From: Planctomycetota bacterium
GTDB taxonomy: Bacteria > Planctomycetota > GCA-002687715 > CAIWVZ01
DNA length: 64,000 nt
Direction: 5' to 3'
NCBI GenBank assembly: GCA_044222185.1
Contig: JBGANV010000001.1
Span: forward strand, 576,001-640,000
Part shown: positions 39,024 to 49,326 of the stretch, piece by piece
Layout: each line of letters opens with the position of its first letter
How positions within the stretch are numbered: position 1 is the first letter of the stretch
Translations under genes and position numbers: made by a program
The notes under the pieces: model-generated
What the model was told of the DNA's origin: nothing
Seen by the model: the letters and a program-made list of their open reading frames with translations, nothing else
Databases searched by the model: none

Positions 39024-39983
39024 ATGAGCACGATCCTCGTCACCGGCGGCGCTGGCTTCATCGGCTCGCACCTCTGCGAGGCGTTGCTCGCGCGCGGCGA
39101 TCGCGTCGTCATCGTCGACAACTTCAACACGTTCTACGACCCTGCGATCAAGCGCCGGAACGTGGAGGCGATCCGCCGCGCCGGCGGCTCGGTCGAGCTC
39201 TTGGAGTGCGACATCCGCGATCGCGCGGCGATGTTCCAGGTGCATGAGCGCGTGCGCCCGAGCATCGTCGTCCACCTGGCCGCCATGGCGGGCGTGCGAC
39301 CGTCGATCGACGACCCGGCGCTCTACACGGACGTGAACCTCGTCGGCACCACGAACATGCTCGACGCCGCCGTGAAGACGAAGGTCGAGCGCTTCGTGTT
39401 CGCCTCGTCGTCGTCCGTCTACGGCAACAACGAGAAGGTTCCGTTCTCGGAGGACGACCGGGTAGACGCACCCGTGTCGCCGTACGCCGCGACGAAGAAG
39501 GCGGGCGAACTGATTGCCCACACGTACTCGCACCTCCACGGGCTTCCCGTGACGTGCCTGCGGTTCTTCACCGTCTACGGTCCGCGCCAGCGCCCCGAGA
39601 TGGCGATCCACAAGTTCGCTCGCTTGATCCTGGCGGGGAAGCCCGTTCCGTTCTTCGGTGACGGGTCCACGCGGCGCGACTACACCTACATCGCCGACAT
39701 CATCGACGGGGTCGTCCGGTCGATCGACCGGGCGAAGGGTTTCAACGTCTACAACCTGGGAGAGTCGCGCACCATCACGCTCTCCGAGCTGATTTCCGCG
39801 TTGGAACGAGTCCTCGGGAAGAAGGCGATCCTCGATCGTCAGCCCGAGCAGCCTGGCGACGTGAAGACCACGTTCGCGGACGTGTCGCATGCGCGCCGTG
39901 ACCTCGGATACAACCCGTCCTTCCCGCTCGAGGAAGGCCTCAAGCACTTCGCCGCCTGGTTGCAGACGGAAGGAGCACGATGA
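39024..39983 (+). CDS. NAD-dependent epimerase (UDP-glucuronate 4-epimerase-like)
   Basis: GGAGFIG, LAAMAGVRPS, ASSSSVYG, YAATKK, LRFFTVYGP. Confidence 0.85.
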   Translation: MSTILVTGGAGFIGSHLCEALLARGDRVVIVDNFNTFYDPAIKRRNVEAIRRAGGSVELLECDIRDRAAMFQVHERVRPSIVVHLAAMAGVRPSIDDPALYTDVNLVGTTNMLDAAVKTKVERFVFASSSSVYGNNEKVPFSEDDRVDAPVSPYAATKKAGELIAHTYSHLHGLPVTCLRFFTVYGPRQRPEMAIHKFARLILAGKPVPFFGDGSTRRDYTYIADIIDGVVRSIDRAKGFNVYNLGESRTITLSELISALERVLGKKAILDRQPEQPGDVKTTFADVSHARRDLGYNPSFPLEEGLKHFAAWLQTEGAR

Positions 39984-41122
39984 GCCGTCCGCGTCTCGAC
40001 GTCATCACGATCGCCGGCGCGCGACCGAACTTCATGAAGGTGGCCCCGCTCTCCTGGGCGTTTGCCGCCATGGAAGACGTGCGTCACCGGATCGTGCACA
40101 CGGGTCAGCACTACGACCGGAACATGTCCGACACGTTCTTCGACGACCTGGAGATTCCGGACCCGTGGCGGAATCTGAACGTCGGCTCGGGAACGCACGC
40201 GCGCCAGACGGCCGAGATCATGACGCGGTTCGAGCCGCTCCTGGACGAGGATCGACCCGACGTCGTGGTGGTCGTCGGTGACGTCAACAGCACGATCGCT
40301 TGCGCGCTGGTCGCGGTGAAGAAGGGCATCCCCGTCGCCCACGTCGAGGCCGGGCTTCGCTCGTTCGACCGCACCATGCCGGAGGAGATCAACCGCATCC
40401 TCACGGACTCGATCTCCGACGTCCTCTTCGTGACGGAGCCGTCCGGCATCCGCAACTTGAAGCACGATGGCGTGCCCGACGAGCGCGTCGTCCTCTCGGG
40501 CAACGTGATGATCGACACCCTCGTGCGCTTTCGGGAGAAGGCCCGCGCGAGCAAGGCGCTCGCCACGCTGGGGCTGAAGCCGCGCGGGTTCGGAGTGCTG
40601 ACGCTCCATCGTCCCGCGAACGTCGACGATCCGGCGCGGTTGAAGCCCCTGATGGAGGCGCTCTGCGACGTCGCTCGCGAGTGTCCGCTCGTGTTCCCGA
40701 TCCACCCGCGCACACGCACGCGCCTGACGGAGTTCGGCATCGACGCGGCGACGCGGCCGGGACTGATCCTCTGCGACCCGCTCCGATACCTGGACTTCCT
40801 GGCACTGATGGACCAGGCGAAACTGCTGCTCACGGACTCGGGCGGGATCCAGGAGGAGGCGTGCCTCGTGCAGGTTCCGTGCCTCACGCTCCGTGAGAAC
40901 ACCGAGCGCCCCGTCACCGTCGAAGTGGGCATCAACAAGCTCGTGGGGACCGATCCCGCGCGCGTCCGCGAGGAAGCCCTGCGCATCATCCGCCAGGGTC
41001 ATCAACCGACACGCGTGCCGGACCTGTGGGACGGCCGCGCAGCGACGCGAATTGCCGACGTCCTCCTGACGAAGTACGGGCGTCCCGCACGAACCGGCCA
41101 ACCGGTCGGAGGAAACTCATGA
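39980..41122 (+). CDS. wecB: UDP-N-acetylglucosamine 2-epimerase (non-hydrolysing)
   Basis: GARPNFMK, HTGQHYD, HVEAGLRS, PEEINR, TDSGGIQEE, TERP. Confidence 0.92.
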   Translation: MSRPRLDVITIAGARPNFMKVAPLSWAFAAMEDVRHRIVHTGQHYDRNMSDTFFDDLEIPDPWRNLNVGSGTHARQTAEIMTRFEPLLDEDRPDVVVVVGDVNSTIACALVAVKKGIPVAHVEAGLRSFDRTMPEEINRILTDSISDVLFVTEPSGIRNLKHDGVPDERVVLSGNVMIDTLVRFREKARASKALATLGLKPRGFGVLTLHRPANVDDPARLKPLMEALCDVARECPLVFPIHPRTRTRLTEFGIDAATRPGLILCDPLRYLDFLALMDQAKLLLTDSGGIQEEACLVQVPCLTLRENTERPVTVEVGINKLVGTDPARVREEALRIIRQGHQPTRVPDLWDGRAATRIADVLLTKYGRPARTGQPVGGNS

Positions 41123-42078
41123 ATTGCCTCGTCACCGGTGGAGCCGGGTTCATCGGCTCCAATCTCGTCGAAGGACTTCTCGAGCGCGGCGCGAAGGTCC
41201 GCGTCGTCGACAACCTCTCGACGGGCGATCTCGCCAACCTCGCCGCGGTGAAGGATCGGATCGAGGTTCGCAACGTGGACATCCGCCAGGCGGAGGAGAT
41301 GGCGGCCGCCTGCCGAGGAATCGACACGGTCTTCCACCTGGCAGCCATGCCGAGCGTTCCACGCAGCATCGAAGATCCGATGACGTCGTTCCAGGTGAAC
41401 GCGGCGGGCACCCTCAACGTGATGATGGCGGCGAAGGCGGCGGGCGTGCGGCGCGTCGTGTACTCGGCGTCGTCGTCCGCCTACGGCGACACGCCGACGC
41501 TGCCCAAGATCGAGACCATGGCGCCGAATCCGAAGAGCCCGTACGCCGCGGACAAGCTCCACGGCGAGAACCTCTGCCGGGTTTTCACGAGCGCCTACGG
41601 ACTCGAATGCGTCGCGCTGCGCTACTTCAACATCTTCGGACCGAAGCAGAAGCCGGACTCGGCCTATGCGGCCGTGATTCCGCGGTTCATCGACGCGTTC
41701 ACGAAAGGACAGAGCCCCACGATCTATGGAGACGGCGAGCAGAGCCGCGACTTCACGTTCGTGAAGAACGCGGTTCGCGCCAACATCCTGGCAGCCGAGC
41801 GACCGAACGCGGCGGGGCAGGTCTTCAACATCGGGAACGGCGTGCGGACCACACTCAACGAACTCCTGAAGATCATCGCCGCCGAGATGGGCGTGTCGCC
41901 GAAGGCGACGTATGCTCCCGAGCGCGCCGGTGACGTGAAGCACTCGCTTGCCGACATCGGCCGTGCGCGAGACGTACTCGGTTACACGCCGGACGTTTCG
42001 CTCAGTGCCGGATTGAAGCAGACCGTCGCATGGTTCTTGTCGTTGCGCGGAGCTGCTCGCGACAAGGAGCGTGTATGA
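41119..42078 (+). CDS. SDR nucleotide-sugar C4 epimerase (WbpP/TviC-like)
   Basis: [40 protein letters not shown]. Confidence 0.85.
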   Translation: MNCLVTGGAGFIGSNLVEGLLERGAKVRVVDNLSTGDLANLAAVKDRIEVRNVDIRQAEEMAAACRGIDTVFHLAAMPSVPRSIEDPMTSFQVNAAGTLNVMMAAKAAGVRRVVYSASSSAYGDTPTLPKIETMAPNPKSPYAADKLHGENLCRVFTSAYGLECVALRYFNIFGPKQKPDSAYAAVIPRFIDAFTKGQSPTIYGDGEQSRDFTFVKNAVRANILAAERPNAAGQVFNIGNGVRTTLNELLKIIAAEMGVSPKATYAPERAGDVKHSLADIGRARDVLGYTPDVSLSAGLKQTVAWFLSLRGAARDKERV

Positions 42079-42803
42079 AGGGGATCATCCTCGCAGGAGG
42101 ACTGGGGACGCGGCTTCACCCGTTGACGCGGGTGACGAACAAGCACCTGCTGCCCGTCTGGAACAAGCCGATGGTGTACTACCCGATCGAGTGCCTCGTC
42201 GGCGCGGGTATCACCGACATCATGCTGGTCACGGGCGGGAACAACGCGGGCGACTTCCTGCGGCTCCTCGGCAACGGAAGCGAGTTCGGGCTGAAGCACC
42301 TGAACTACACCTACCAACAGGGCGAGGCGGGCATCGCCGACGCCCTGCGTCTCTGCGAGCACTTCGCGGACGGCGAGCGCGTCTGCGTCGTCCTCGGTGA
42401 CAACATCATCGAGAACAACATCAAGAAGGCCGTCCAGACCTTCGAGAACAGCAACTTCGGCGCCAAGATCCTGCTGAAGGAAGTGACGGATCCGGAGCGC
42501 TTCGGCGTCGCCGAGCTCGACGGGAGCCGCGTCGTCAGCATCGAAGAGAAGCCCAAGAAGCCCAAGTCGAACTTCGCCGTCATCGGCATCTACATGTTCG
42601 ACCACCGGGTCTTCGAGATCATCCGCACGCTGAAGCCGAGTGCTCGCGGCGAGCTCGAGATCACCGACGTCAACAACGCGTACATCAAGCTGAACGCCAT
42701 GACGTGGGAGAAGCTGGACGGCTGGTGGACGGACGCCGGTACGTTCGAGTCGCTCCATCGCGCGTCGAACCTCGTGCACGACGGCGGCGCGAACCGTCCC
42801 TGA
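42075..42803 (+). CDS. rfbA: Glucose-1-phosphate thymidylyltransferase (short RmlA/SpsI-like)
   Basis: GIILAGGLGTRL.PLT, KHLLP, EEKP, SARGELEITD, DAGT. Confidence 0.85.
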   Translation: MKGIILAGGLGTRLHPLTRVTNKHLLPVWNKPMVYYPIECLVGAGITDIMLVTGGNNAGDFLRLLGNGSEFGLKHLNYTYQQGEAGIADALRLCEHFADGERVCVVLGDNIIENNIKKAVQTFENSNFGAKILLKEVTDPERFGVAELDGSRVVSIEEKPKKPKSNFAVIGIYMFDHRVFEIIRTLKPSARGELEITDVNNAYIKLNAMTWEKLDGWWTDAGTFESLHRASNLVHDGGANRP

Positions 42804-42815
42804 ACCGCTGACCCC

Positions 42816-43682
42816 ATGGACAAGGCGCTCCTGCTCGGTGCGCGCGGCATGCTCGGCCGGCGCCTCCGCGAAGTCCTCGCGCGTCGCTACCGGGTGATCC
42901 CGACGGCGCACCACGCCGTCGACGACGTGGCTGCGTTGGACGTCTGTGACTTTGCCGCCGTCCGCGCGGCCGTAGAGGAGTCGCGACCGGCCGTCGTGGT
43001 GAACGCGGCCGCGTACACCGCCGTCGATCGCGCCGAAACCGAGTCCGACCTCGCGTGGCGCGTGAACGCCCTCGCTCCAGGCTTTGCGTCGCAAGCGGCT
43101 CACGAGGTCGGCGCGGTGATCGTTCACGTCTCGACGGACTTCGTCTTCGACGGCAATACGTCCGTGCCCTACGTCGAGACGGACCCCGTCGCTCCGAAGA
43201 GCGCCTACGGGCGGACGAAGGAGGCGGGGGAGAGGCTCGTGCGCGAGCGCAATCCGCGCCACGTGATCGCGCGGACGCAGTGGCTCTACGGGCCTGACGG
43301 GCGGCACTTCGCGGCGACCATGGTGCGCCTGGCTCGTGAAGGAAAACCTCTTCGCGTGGTGAAGGATCAGACCGGTGCTCCCACCTACGCCCCCGACGTC
43401 GCGGAACAGATCCTGCGAATCATGGACGCCGGGCTCTTGGGCACGATCCACGTCGCAAATCGCGGTCAGGCAACGTGGCACGCGTTCGCCGAAGCCATCC
43501 TGAAACGCGCCGGCCTGGATGTCGGCGTCACGCCGATCTCGACGGCCGAGTTCGGCGCCCCGGCCGTTCGCCCGGCCTTCTCCGTCTTGAGAAACGCCGT
43601 GCTCGAAGCGACTATCGGAAACCTCATGCGTCCGTGGGACGAAGCCCTGGATGCATTCGCCGCAACCGGTGGACTGAAGTGA
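42816..43682 (+). CDS. rfbD: dTDP-4-dehydrorhamnose reductase
   Basis: GARGMLG, AAYTAVD.AE, STDFVFDG, YGRTK. Confidence 0.92.
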   Translation: MDKALLLGARGMLGRRLREVLARRYRVIPTAHHAVDDVAALDVCDFAAVRAAVEESRPAVVVNAAAYTAVDRAETESDLAWRVNALAPGFASQAAHEVGAVIVHVSTDFVFDGNTSVPYVETDPVAPKSAYGRTKEAGERLVRERNPRHVIARTQWLYGPDGRHFAATMVRLAREGKPLRVVKDQTGAPTYAPDVAEQILRIMDAGLLGTIHVANRGQATWHAFAEAILKRAGLDVGVTPISTAEFGAPAVRPAFSVLRNAVLEATIGNLMRPWDEALDAFAATGGLK

Positions 43683-43722
43683 TCCGCGTCGGGGCGGTGG
43701 CGACCGACCCGAAGGCTCTTCG

Positions 43723-44745
43723 ATGACCACCATCCTCATCACCGGCGGCGCCGGTTTCATCGGCAGCAACTACGTGTGTTGGCTGCTCCGATCCGACCCG
43801 TCCGTGCGCCTCGTGAACGTCGACGCGCTCACGTACTCAGGCAACCTGGAGAACCTCGCGGAGGTCGAGGGGAACCCGCGCTACCGGTTCGTGAAGGCCG
43901 ACATCTCGGATGCTGCCGCCATGGCGCGCGCGATCGACGAGCCGATCGACGAGATCGTCCACTTCGCGGCCGAGTCCCACGTCGATCGCTCCATCGAGGA
44001 CGCAGGAGCCTTCCTCCGCACGAACGTGCTCGGGACGCAGGTCATGCTCGACCTGGCCCGTCGCTGGAAGGTCAAGAAGTTCGTTCACGTCTCCACGGAC
44101 GAGGTCTACGGCTCGCTCGGGCCGACGGGCAAGTTCACCGAGACGACCCCGCTCGCTCCGAACAGCCCGTACGCGGCGTCGAAGGCGTCGAGCGACCTCC
44201 TCGTGCGTGCGGCCGTCCACACGCACGGACTCGCGGCCGTGATCACCCGCTGCTCGAACAACTACGGTCCGTTCCAGTTCCCCGAGAAGCTGATTCCCCT
44301 GATGATCAGCAACGCCGTCGAAGGGAAGGAGCTGCCGGTGTACGGCGACGGGATGCAGGTGCGCGACTGGATCCACGTGCTCGACCACTGCCGCGGCGTC
44401 GATGCGGCTCGCTCCAAGGGCCGTGTGGGCGAGGTCTACAACTTCGGGAGCGACAACGAGCTCCCCAACATGCAGGTCGTGAAAGCGATCCTGCGCGCGG
44501 TGGGCCGGCCCGAAAGCCTGATCCGCCACGTGGCCGATCGACTGGGGCACGACCGCCGCTACGCGATCGACGCCACGAAGTCGCACCGCGAGCTGGGGTG
44601 GAAGCCCCAGGTGCGGTTCGAGGAGGGACTCTCGGAAACGGTCCGCTGGTACCAGGAGCATCTGGGGTGGTGGCAGCGGATCAAGTCGGGCGAGTACCAG
44701 GACTACTACCGTCGCCACTACGGCGCGCGCCTCGGAGAAAGCTGA
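43723..44745 (+). CDS. rfbB: dTDP-glucose 4,6-dehydratase
   Basis: [40 protein letters not shown]. Confidence 0.94.
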   Translation: MTTILITGGAGFIGSNYVCWLLRSDPSVRLVNVDALTYSGNLENLAEVEGNPRYRFVKADISDAAAMARAIDEPIDEIVHFAAESHVDRSIEDAGAFLRTNVLGTQVMLDLARRWKVKKFVHVSTDEVYGSLGPTGKFTETTPLAPNSPYAASKASSDLLVRAAVHTHGLAAVITRCSNNYGPFQFPEKLIPLMISNAVEGKELPVYGDGMQVRDWIHVLDHCRGVDAARSKGRVGEVYNFGSDNELPNMQVVKAILRAVGRPESLIRHVADRLGHDRRYAIDATKSHRELGWKPQVRFEEGLSETVRWYQEHLGWWQRIKSGEYQDYYRRHYGARLGES

Positions 44746-45458
44746 TGCTCCTGTCCGTCGTCATGCCCGTTTACAACGAAACGAAAACGCTCGAGGAGAT
44801 CCTCCGCCGCGTGCAGGCCGTCGAACTCGAGAAGGAGATCATCGCCGTCAACGACTGCTCCAAGGACGGTTCCGGCGAACTCCTCGAGAAGTTGAAGGAG
44901 AAGCACCCGAACCTCCGGGTGATCCACCACAAGGTGAACCAGGGGAAGGGCGCCGCGATCCGCACGGGTTTCCAGGAGGTGCGCGGTGACGTGATCATCA
45001 TCCAGGACGCGGACCTCGAGTACGACCCGAAGGAGTACTTCCAGCTCATCGCGCCAATCGTCGACGGTCGGGCCGACGTGGTCTTCGGGTCGCGCTTCCT
45101 CGGCGGCCCCCACCGTGTCCATCTGTACTTCCACTACGTCGCGAACCGCTTTCTCACGTTCGTGAGCAACGTCTTCACGAACCTGAACCTCACGGACATG
45201 GAGACCTGCTACAAGGTCTTCCGCCGTGCGGTCGTGCAGAACATGAAACTCGAGACGAACCGATTCGGCATCGAGCCCGAGATCACCGCCAAGGTCGCCA
45301 AGATGGGCTGCCGCGTCTACGAGGTCCCGATCTCCTACAGCGGTCGCGACTTCGCCGAGGGGAAGAAGATCAGCTGGCGAGATGGGTTCCCGGCGCTTTG
45401 GAGCATCATCAAGTTCTCCCTGTTCGCCCGGGTCGAGAAGCTCCCGCGCACGCCCTAG
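44745..45458 (+). CDS. GT2 glycosyltransferase (DPM1/polyprenol-phosphate glycosyltransferase-like)
   Basis: [46 protein letters not shown] overlaps the rfbB TGA. Confidence 0.9.
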   Translation: MLLSVVMPVYNETKTLEEILRRVQAVELEKEIIAVNDCSKDGSGELLEKLKEKHPNLRVIHHKVNQGKGAAIRTGFQEVRGDVIIIQDADLEYDPKEYFQLIAPIVDGRADVVFGSRFLGGPHRVHLYFHYVANRFLTFVSNVFTNLNLTDMETCYKVFRRAVVQNMKLETNRFGIEPEITAKVAKMGCRVYEVPISYSGRDFAEGKKISWRDGFPALWSIIKFSLFARVEKLPRTP

Positions 45459-45837
45459 GCCGTGCCCGGGCGGAGGCTTCCACCGCGCCCGGCCCCGGGA
45501 GTGACCCCGGGCAAATCGCCCGATCTGCCTTCCCCGGACACGGGTTGCGGCCGCAGAAGTGGACGAATCCGCCTCTTCGCCTAGCTTTTGGGTGCGACTA
45601 TCATGTTGCCTCGATTGGGTAGCGGCGATGCGTCCACTTCACTCCCCGTGAGCGGATCGCCGAAAACTCATTGATGAGTCGGGCTTTACGCCCGACGTCA
45701 TCGACACGGGAAGAGAAGCGATCCGCGACGGAGTCCGACGACCCGTTACCGGTTCCGATCCGGTCTGCGGCGCGATCTGCGAGCGTCATGGCCGGACGCC
45801 CTTGGGTGTTCGGTGATCGGGAGAAGGAGTGCCTCGG

Positions 45838-46737
45838 ATGTCGAGGGTGTGCACGTTGGTTCTCTTGGTGGCGTGCGGCGGTCTCCTCGGGGGATGTGCC
45901 GGCAACGGCGAACCGAGCACCTACAAGGAGCTGGGCCCGGACGCGAACACCACGGGGTTCGGCGACCTCTACCCGCCTGATCCGGTCGAGGGTGACATCA
46001 CGTTCGGCGTCGGCGACACCATCCTCGTCGAGACGCAGAACAACGCCCAGCTGACCGGGCCATTCGTCGTGCGCATGGACGGCAAGGTCAACATCCCGGT
46101 CCTCGGCGAGATGATGGCGGCGGGTCTCACGCCCGAGCAGTTCAAGCGCAAGCTCGAGAACAAGGTGTCCCTCTACATGAAGGACCCGGTGATCTCGGTG
46201 GGCGCGGGCGCGATCGTGAGCAAGAAGTTCTTCGTCGCGGCGCAGAACTACGGGACTGGCGGCTACATCGTCAAGCAGGTGCCGTACCCCGGCAACATCA
46301 CGTTGTTCGAAGTCTGGGTTCGCGTGAACAGCCCATCGAGCCTCCTCGACGACGACTGCCACGTGAAGGTCATCCGGATGGACCCGCGCCATCCGAGCGT
46401 CAAGGTGATCAACGTTCGTGAGATGCTCGTCGAGGGGCGGTCGGGTGGGAACATCCAGATCAAGCCGAACGACGTCGTCTACTTCCCACCGACGTTCTGG
46501 GGCAAGATCAACTCGTTCCTGGCGGGGATCTCGCTTCCGTTCACGGGTCTGTTCCGCGTCACCAGCGTCGTCTCCGAGACCGACCGCGCGATCCGGATCA
46601 TCGACGGCAGCGGCGGTGGCAGGTATGGCGGCGGGTACTACGGCGGATACGGCGTCGGCGGCGGGTTCGGCGGCTTCGGAAGCTCGGGCGGGCTTGGGCC
46701 ATCGGCGCCTCGCGGTGGGCTCGACGGCGGGGAGTGA
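45838..46737 (+). CDS. Polysaccharide export lipoprotein (Wza/OPX family) with Gly/Tyr-rich tail
   Basis: Lipobox LLGGC, PES motif VRMDGKVNIPVLGEMMAAGLT, NIQIKPNDVVYFP. ATG follows GAAGGAG. Confidence 0.8.
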   Translation: MSRVCTLVLLVACGGLLGGCAGNGEPSTYKELGPDANTTGFGDLYPPDPVEGDITFGVGDTILVETQNNAQLTGPFVVRMDGKVNIPVLGEMMAAGLTPEQFKRKLENKVSLYMKDPVISVGAGAIVSKKFFVAAQNYGTGGYIVKQVPYPGNITLFEVWVRVNSPSSLLDDDCHVKVIRMDPRHPSVKVINVREMLVEGRSGGNIQIKPNDVVYFPPTFWGKINSFLAGISLPFTGLFRVTSVVSETDRAIRIIDGSGGGRYGGGYYGGYGVGGGFGGFGSSGGLGPSAPRGGLDGGE

Positions 46738-46763
46738 GGGATCCGGTCAATGAGGAACGCCAC

Positions 46764-48401
46764 GTGAGTACGGAAGTACAAGTCAGCGGCCCGACGGTTC
46801 AGGACTACGTCAGCGTCATCAAGCGGCGCGGACTCGCCGTGCTGATTCCGCTCGTCGGATTCACGGCTCTCGCGGTTGCCGTCGGCTTCCTCGTGCCGCA
46901 GGAGTACGAGGCGACGACCCAGCTCGTGATCGAGGATCCGGAAGTCGTGAGCGGCTTCTACAAGGACCTGGGATTCCCGATCCCGCACAAGCAACTGCTC
47001 GTGACCGTGAGCGAGGACATCAAGTCGCAGGCCTTCCTCGAGCCGATCATCGATCGCTTCGACATCAACGAGGGCTACAACCGCAACAACCCGCGCGAGA
47101 AGCTCCGCCTCATCGACCAGGTGCGCAAGAAACTGACGGTGAAGATCGGCGCACCGCAGAAGACGGGGCCTGACCTGCTCGTGCTCCAGTACCAGGGACG
47201 CGATGCGGAGAAGGTCACGCGGTTCGTGAACCAGGTGAGCGCCTCGTACCAGGACCTCTTCATGGGGCGGTACCAGGACCTCATCCGCAAGGCGTACGGC
47301 TCCGTGAAGGGCATGACCGTCGCGGCGCAGACGGCGTACACGACCGCGCAGACCAACCTGGAAGAGTGGCTGAACGTCAACGGCGGTGGTTTCGCCGCGA
47401 ACGATCCCACCAGCGGGATCATGGCGACGCTCGGCAAGCAGAAGGAATCGCAGGACGCGCTTCAGACCCAGTTGCGCGGTGACCAGGATGCGCTGAAGAA
47501 CGTCATCGAGCAGTTGAAGTCGACACCGGAAGTGTCGGCTGCGACGACGACGAAGAAGATCAACCCGGACTACGCGGCGCAGCAGGCCAAGGTGCAGGCG
47601 GCCGACGCAGCCGTGAAGGACTTCATCGCCAAGGGCTTCCTGGAGACCTGGCCGCCATTCAAGGACGCCAAGGCGATCCTTGAAGCCGAACAGGCCAAGC
47701 TCGGCAAGATCGAGCAGCTCGTCCTCCAGGACATCGCCGAAACGAAGAACCCGGCATGGATCGCCCTGGAGAACCAGCGCCGTGCGCTGCAGTCGTCGAT
47801 CGAGGCCACGAATTCCAAGCTCGCGCGGCTGAACGAGTCGGTCACCCAGCTCGAGACGGAGATGAAGACGCTGCCGCAGAAGCAGCGGCGCTTCACCGAG
47901 CTGAACGACGACCTGAACAACTCGCGCTTCCAGTTCGAGAAGACGACGAAGGTCATGGCGAACGCGCAGGCGACCATGGATCGCGTCACGCGCAAGGAAG
48001 GCAGCATCTTCCGGCCGTTGGCATCCATCACGCCCGACGAGGCGAAGGACATGGATCCGGTCTTCCCGAGCCTTCCGATCTTCCTCGGAGTCGGCGCCTT
48101 CATCGGGCTGATGGTCGGTGCTGCGCTGGCGTTCATCTCCGAGTTCACGTCGGTGTCGTTCACCAGTCCGAACCAGGTCCGGTACTCGCTTCCGGTGCCG
48201 GTGCTCGGCGAAGTGGCACCGCTCCTGAGCCGGCGCGAGCTCCGCAAGATCCGGCTCAAGCGTTTGATCGTCTGGTCACTCGTGCTCGGCTTCTTCGCGG
48301 CCTTGCTCATCATCCACTTGATGTACTTCAACAAGGACCTGAAGGGCAACCTCCCGCGGTGGCTCATCGACTTCATGAAGCGCATCTGGGGGAATCGGTA
48401 G
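46764..48401 (+). CDS. Polysaccharide co-polymerase / chain-length determinant (Wzc N-terminal/GumC-like)
   Basis: N-terminal TM plus PQEYEA, long coiled coil, Pro motif with C-terminal TM, VPVLGEV. Alternative GTG at 46734. Confidence 0.8.
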   Translation: MSTEVQVSGPTVQDYVSVIKRRGLAVLIPLVGFTALAVAVGFLVPQEYEATTQLVIEDPEVVSGFYKDLGFPIPHKQLLVTVSEDIKSQAFLEPIIDRFDINEGYNRNNPREKLRLIDQVRKKLTVKIGAPQKTGPDLLVLQYQGRDAEKVTRFVNQVSASYQDLFMGRYQDLIRKAYGSVKGMTVAAQTAYTTAQTNLEEWLNVNGGGFAANDPTSGIMATLGKQKESQDALQTQLRGDQDALKNVIEQLKSTPEVSAATTTKKINPDYAAQQAKVQAADAAVKDFIAKGFLETWPPFKDAKAILEAEQAKLGKIEQLVLQDIAETKNPAWIALENQRRALQSSIEATNSKLARLNESVTQLETEMKTLPQKQRRFTELNDDLNNSRFQFEKTTKVMANAQATMDRVTRKEGSIFRPLASITPDEAKDMDPVFPSLPIFLGVGAFIGLMVGAALAFISEFTSVSFTSPNQVRYSLPVPVLGEVAPLLSRRELRKIRLKRLIVWSLVLGFFAALLIIHLMYFNKDLKGNLPRWLIDFMKRIWGNR

Positions 48402-48403
48402 AG

Positions 48404-49315
48404 ATGTACGAGACCCACTTCGGATTCGAGCGGGCCCCGTTCAACAACGTCCCGGACACGTCGTTCTTCTTCGCGAGCAGCAAGCACACGGAGGCGCTCG
48501 CGCAGCTCACGTTCGCCGTCGAAGCTCGTAAGGGGTTCGCCGTGCTGACGGGCGACGTCGGGGCGGGGAAGACGACCCTCACACGGGCGCTCTTCCGCCG
48601 GCTCGATCCCAAGACGGTGACTGCGGTCGTGAACAACACGCGGCTCACCGGGGTGCAGCTCCTCTACGCGGTGGCGAAGGAGTTCGGCATCGACGACGTG
48701 AAGCCAAACCGCGTCGAGCTGCTCGAGCGCATCAACCAGTTCCTGGTGGCCCGCCTTGCGGAGGACCGCAACGTCGTGCTGCTCATCGACGAGGCCCAGG
48801 ATCTCCCGCTCGCGACGCTCGAAGAGGTCCGGTTGATCTCGAACCTCGAGACGGAGTCGGAGAAGCTCATCCAGATCCTCCTCGTGGGCCAGCCCGAACT
48901 GCGCGACAGCATCGACCACCCCGCGCTGCGTCAGTTGCGCCAGCGCATCAACTGCCGATTCCACCTCGGTCCGCTCGACCAGGAGCAGACGCGGGAGTAC
49001 GTCCTGCATCGCCTCCGCGTGGCCGGTCCGTTGAATTCGGCGCGCTTCTCCGACAGGGCACTGGAGTACGTGCACCGCTACTCGGGCGGCATCCCGAGAC
49101 TGGTGAATCTGTGCTGCGACAAGGCGTTGCTCGTCGCGTTCACGGAAAGCCAGAAGCAGATCGATCACAAGACGGTGATGGCGGGGATCCGAGAAATCGA
49201 AGGGCCCGAGTGGACGTTCAAGTCCCGCTCGGAGGCCGCCGCTGCGAGCGGCGTCGCGGGGCCCGTGAAGAAGGCTTTCTTGCGGCTGCCGTTCTTCGGC
49301 GGTCGTACCAGTTGA
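48404..49315 (+). CDS. ExeA-type AAA ATPase (as in XrtA/PEP-CTERM-associated loci)
   Basis: MYETHFG...PF, GDVGAGKT, LLIDEAQ, LVGQPEL, QLRQRI, GIPRLVN. Confidence 0.88.
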   Translation: MYETHFGFERAPFNNVPDTSFFFASSKHTEALAQLTFAVEARKGFAVLTGDVGAGKTTLTRALFRRLDPKTVTAVVNNTRLTGVQLLYAVAKEFGIDDVKPNRVELLERINQFLVARLAEDRNVVLLIDEAQDLPLATLEEVRLISNLETESEKLIQILLVGQPELRDSIDHPALRQLRQRINCRFHLGPLDQEQTREYVLHRLRVAGPLNSARFSDRALEYVHRYSGGIPRLVNLCCDKALLVAFTESQKQIDHKTVMAGIREIEGPEWTFKSRSEAAAASGVAGPVKKAFLRLPFFGGRTS

Positions 49316-49326
49316 GGTGACGGCGC

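Noticed and set aside
45615-45630. ops/JUMPStart-like GGGTAGCG in the wza leader
   Set aside because: Does not match GGCGGTAG well enough, and no NusG paralogue is in the window.
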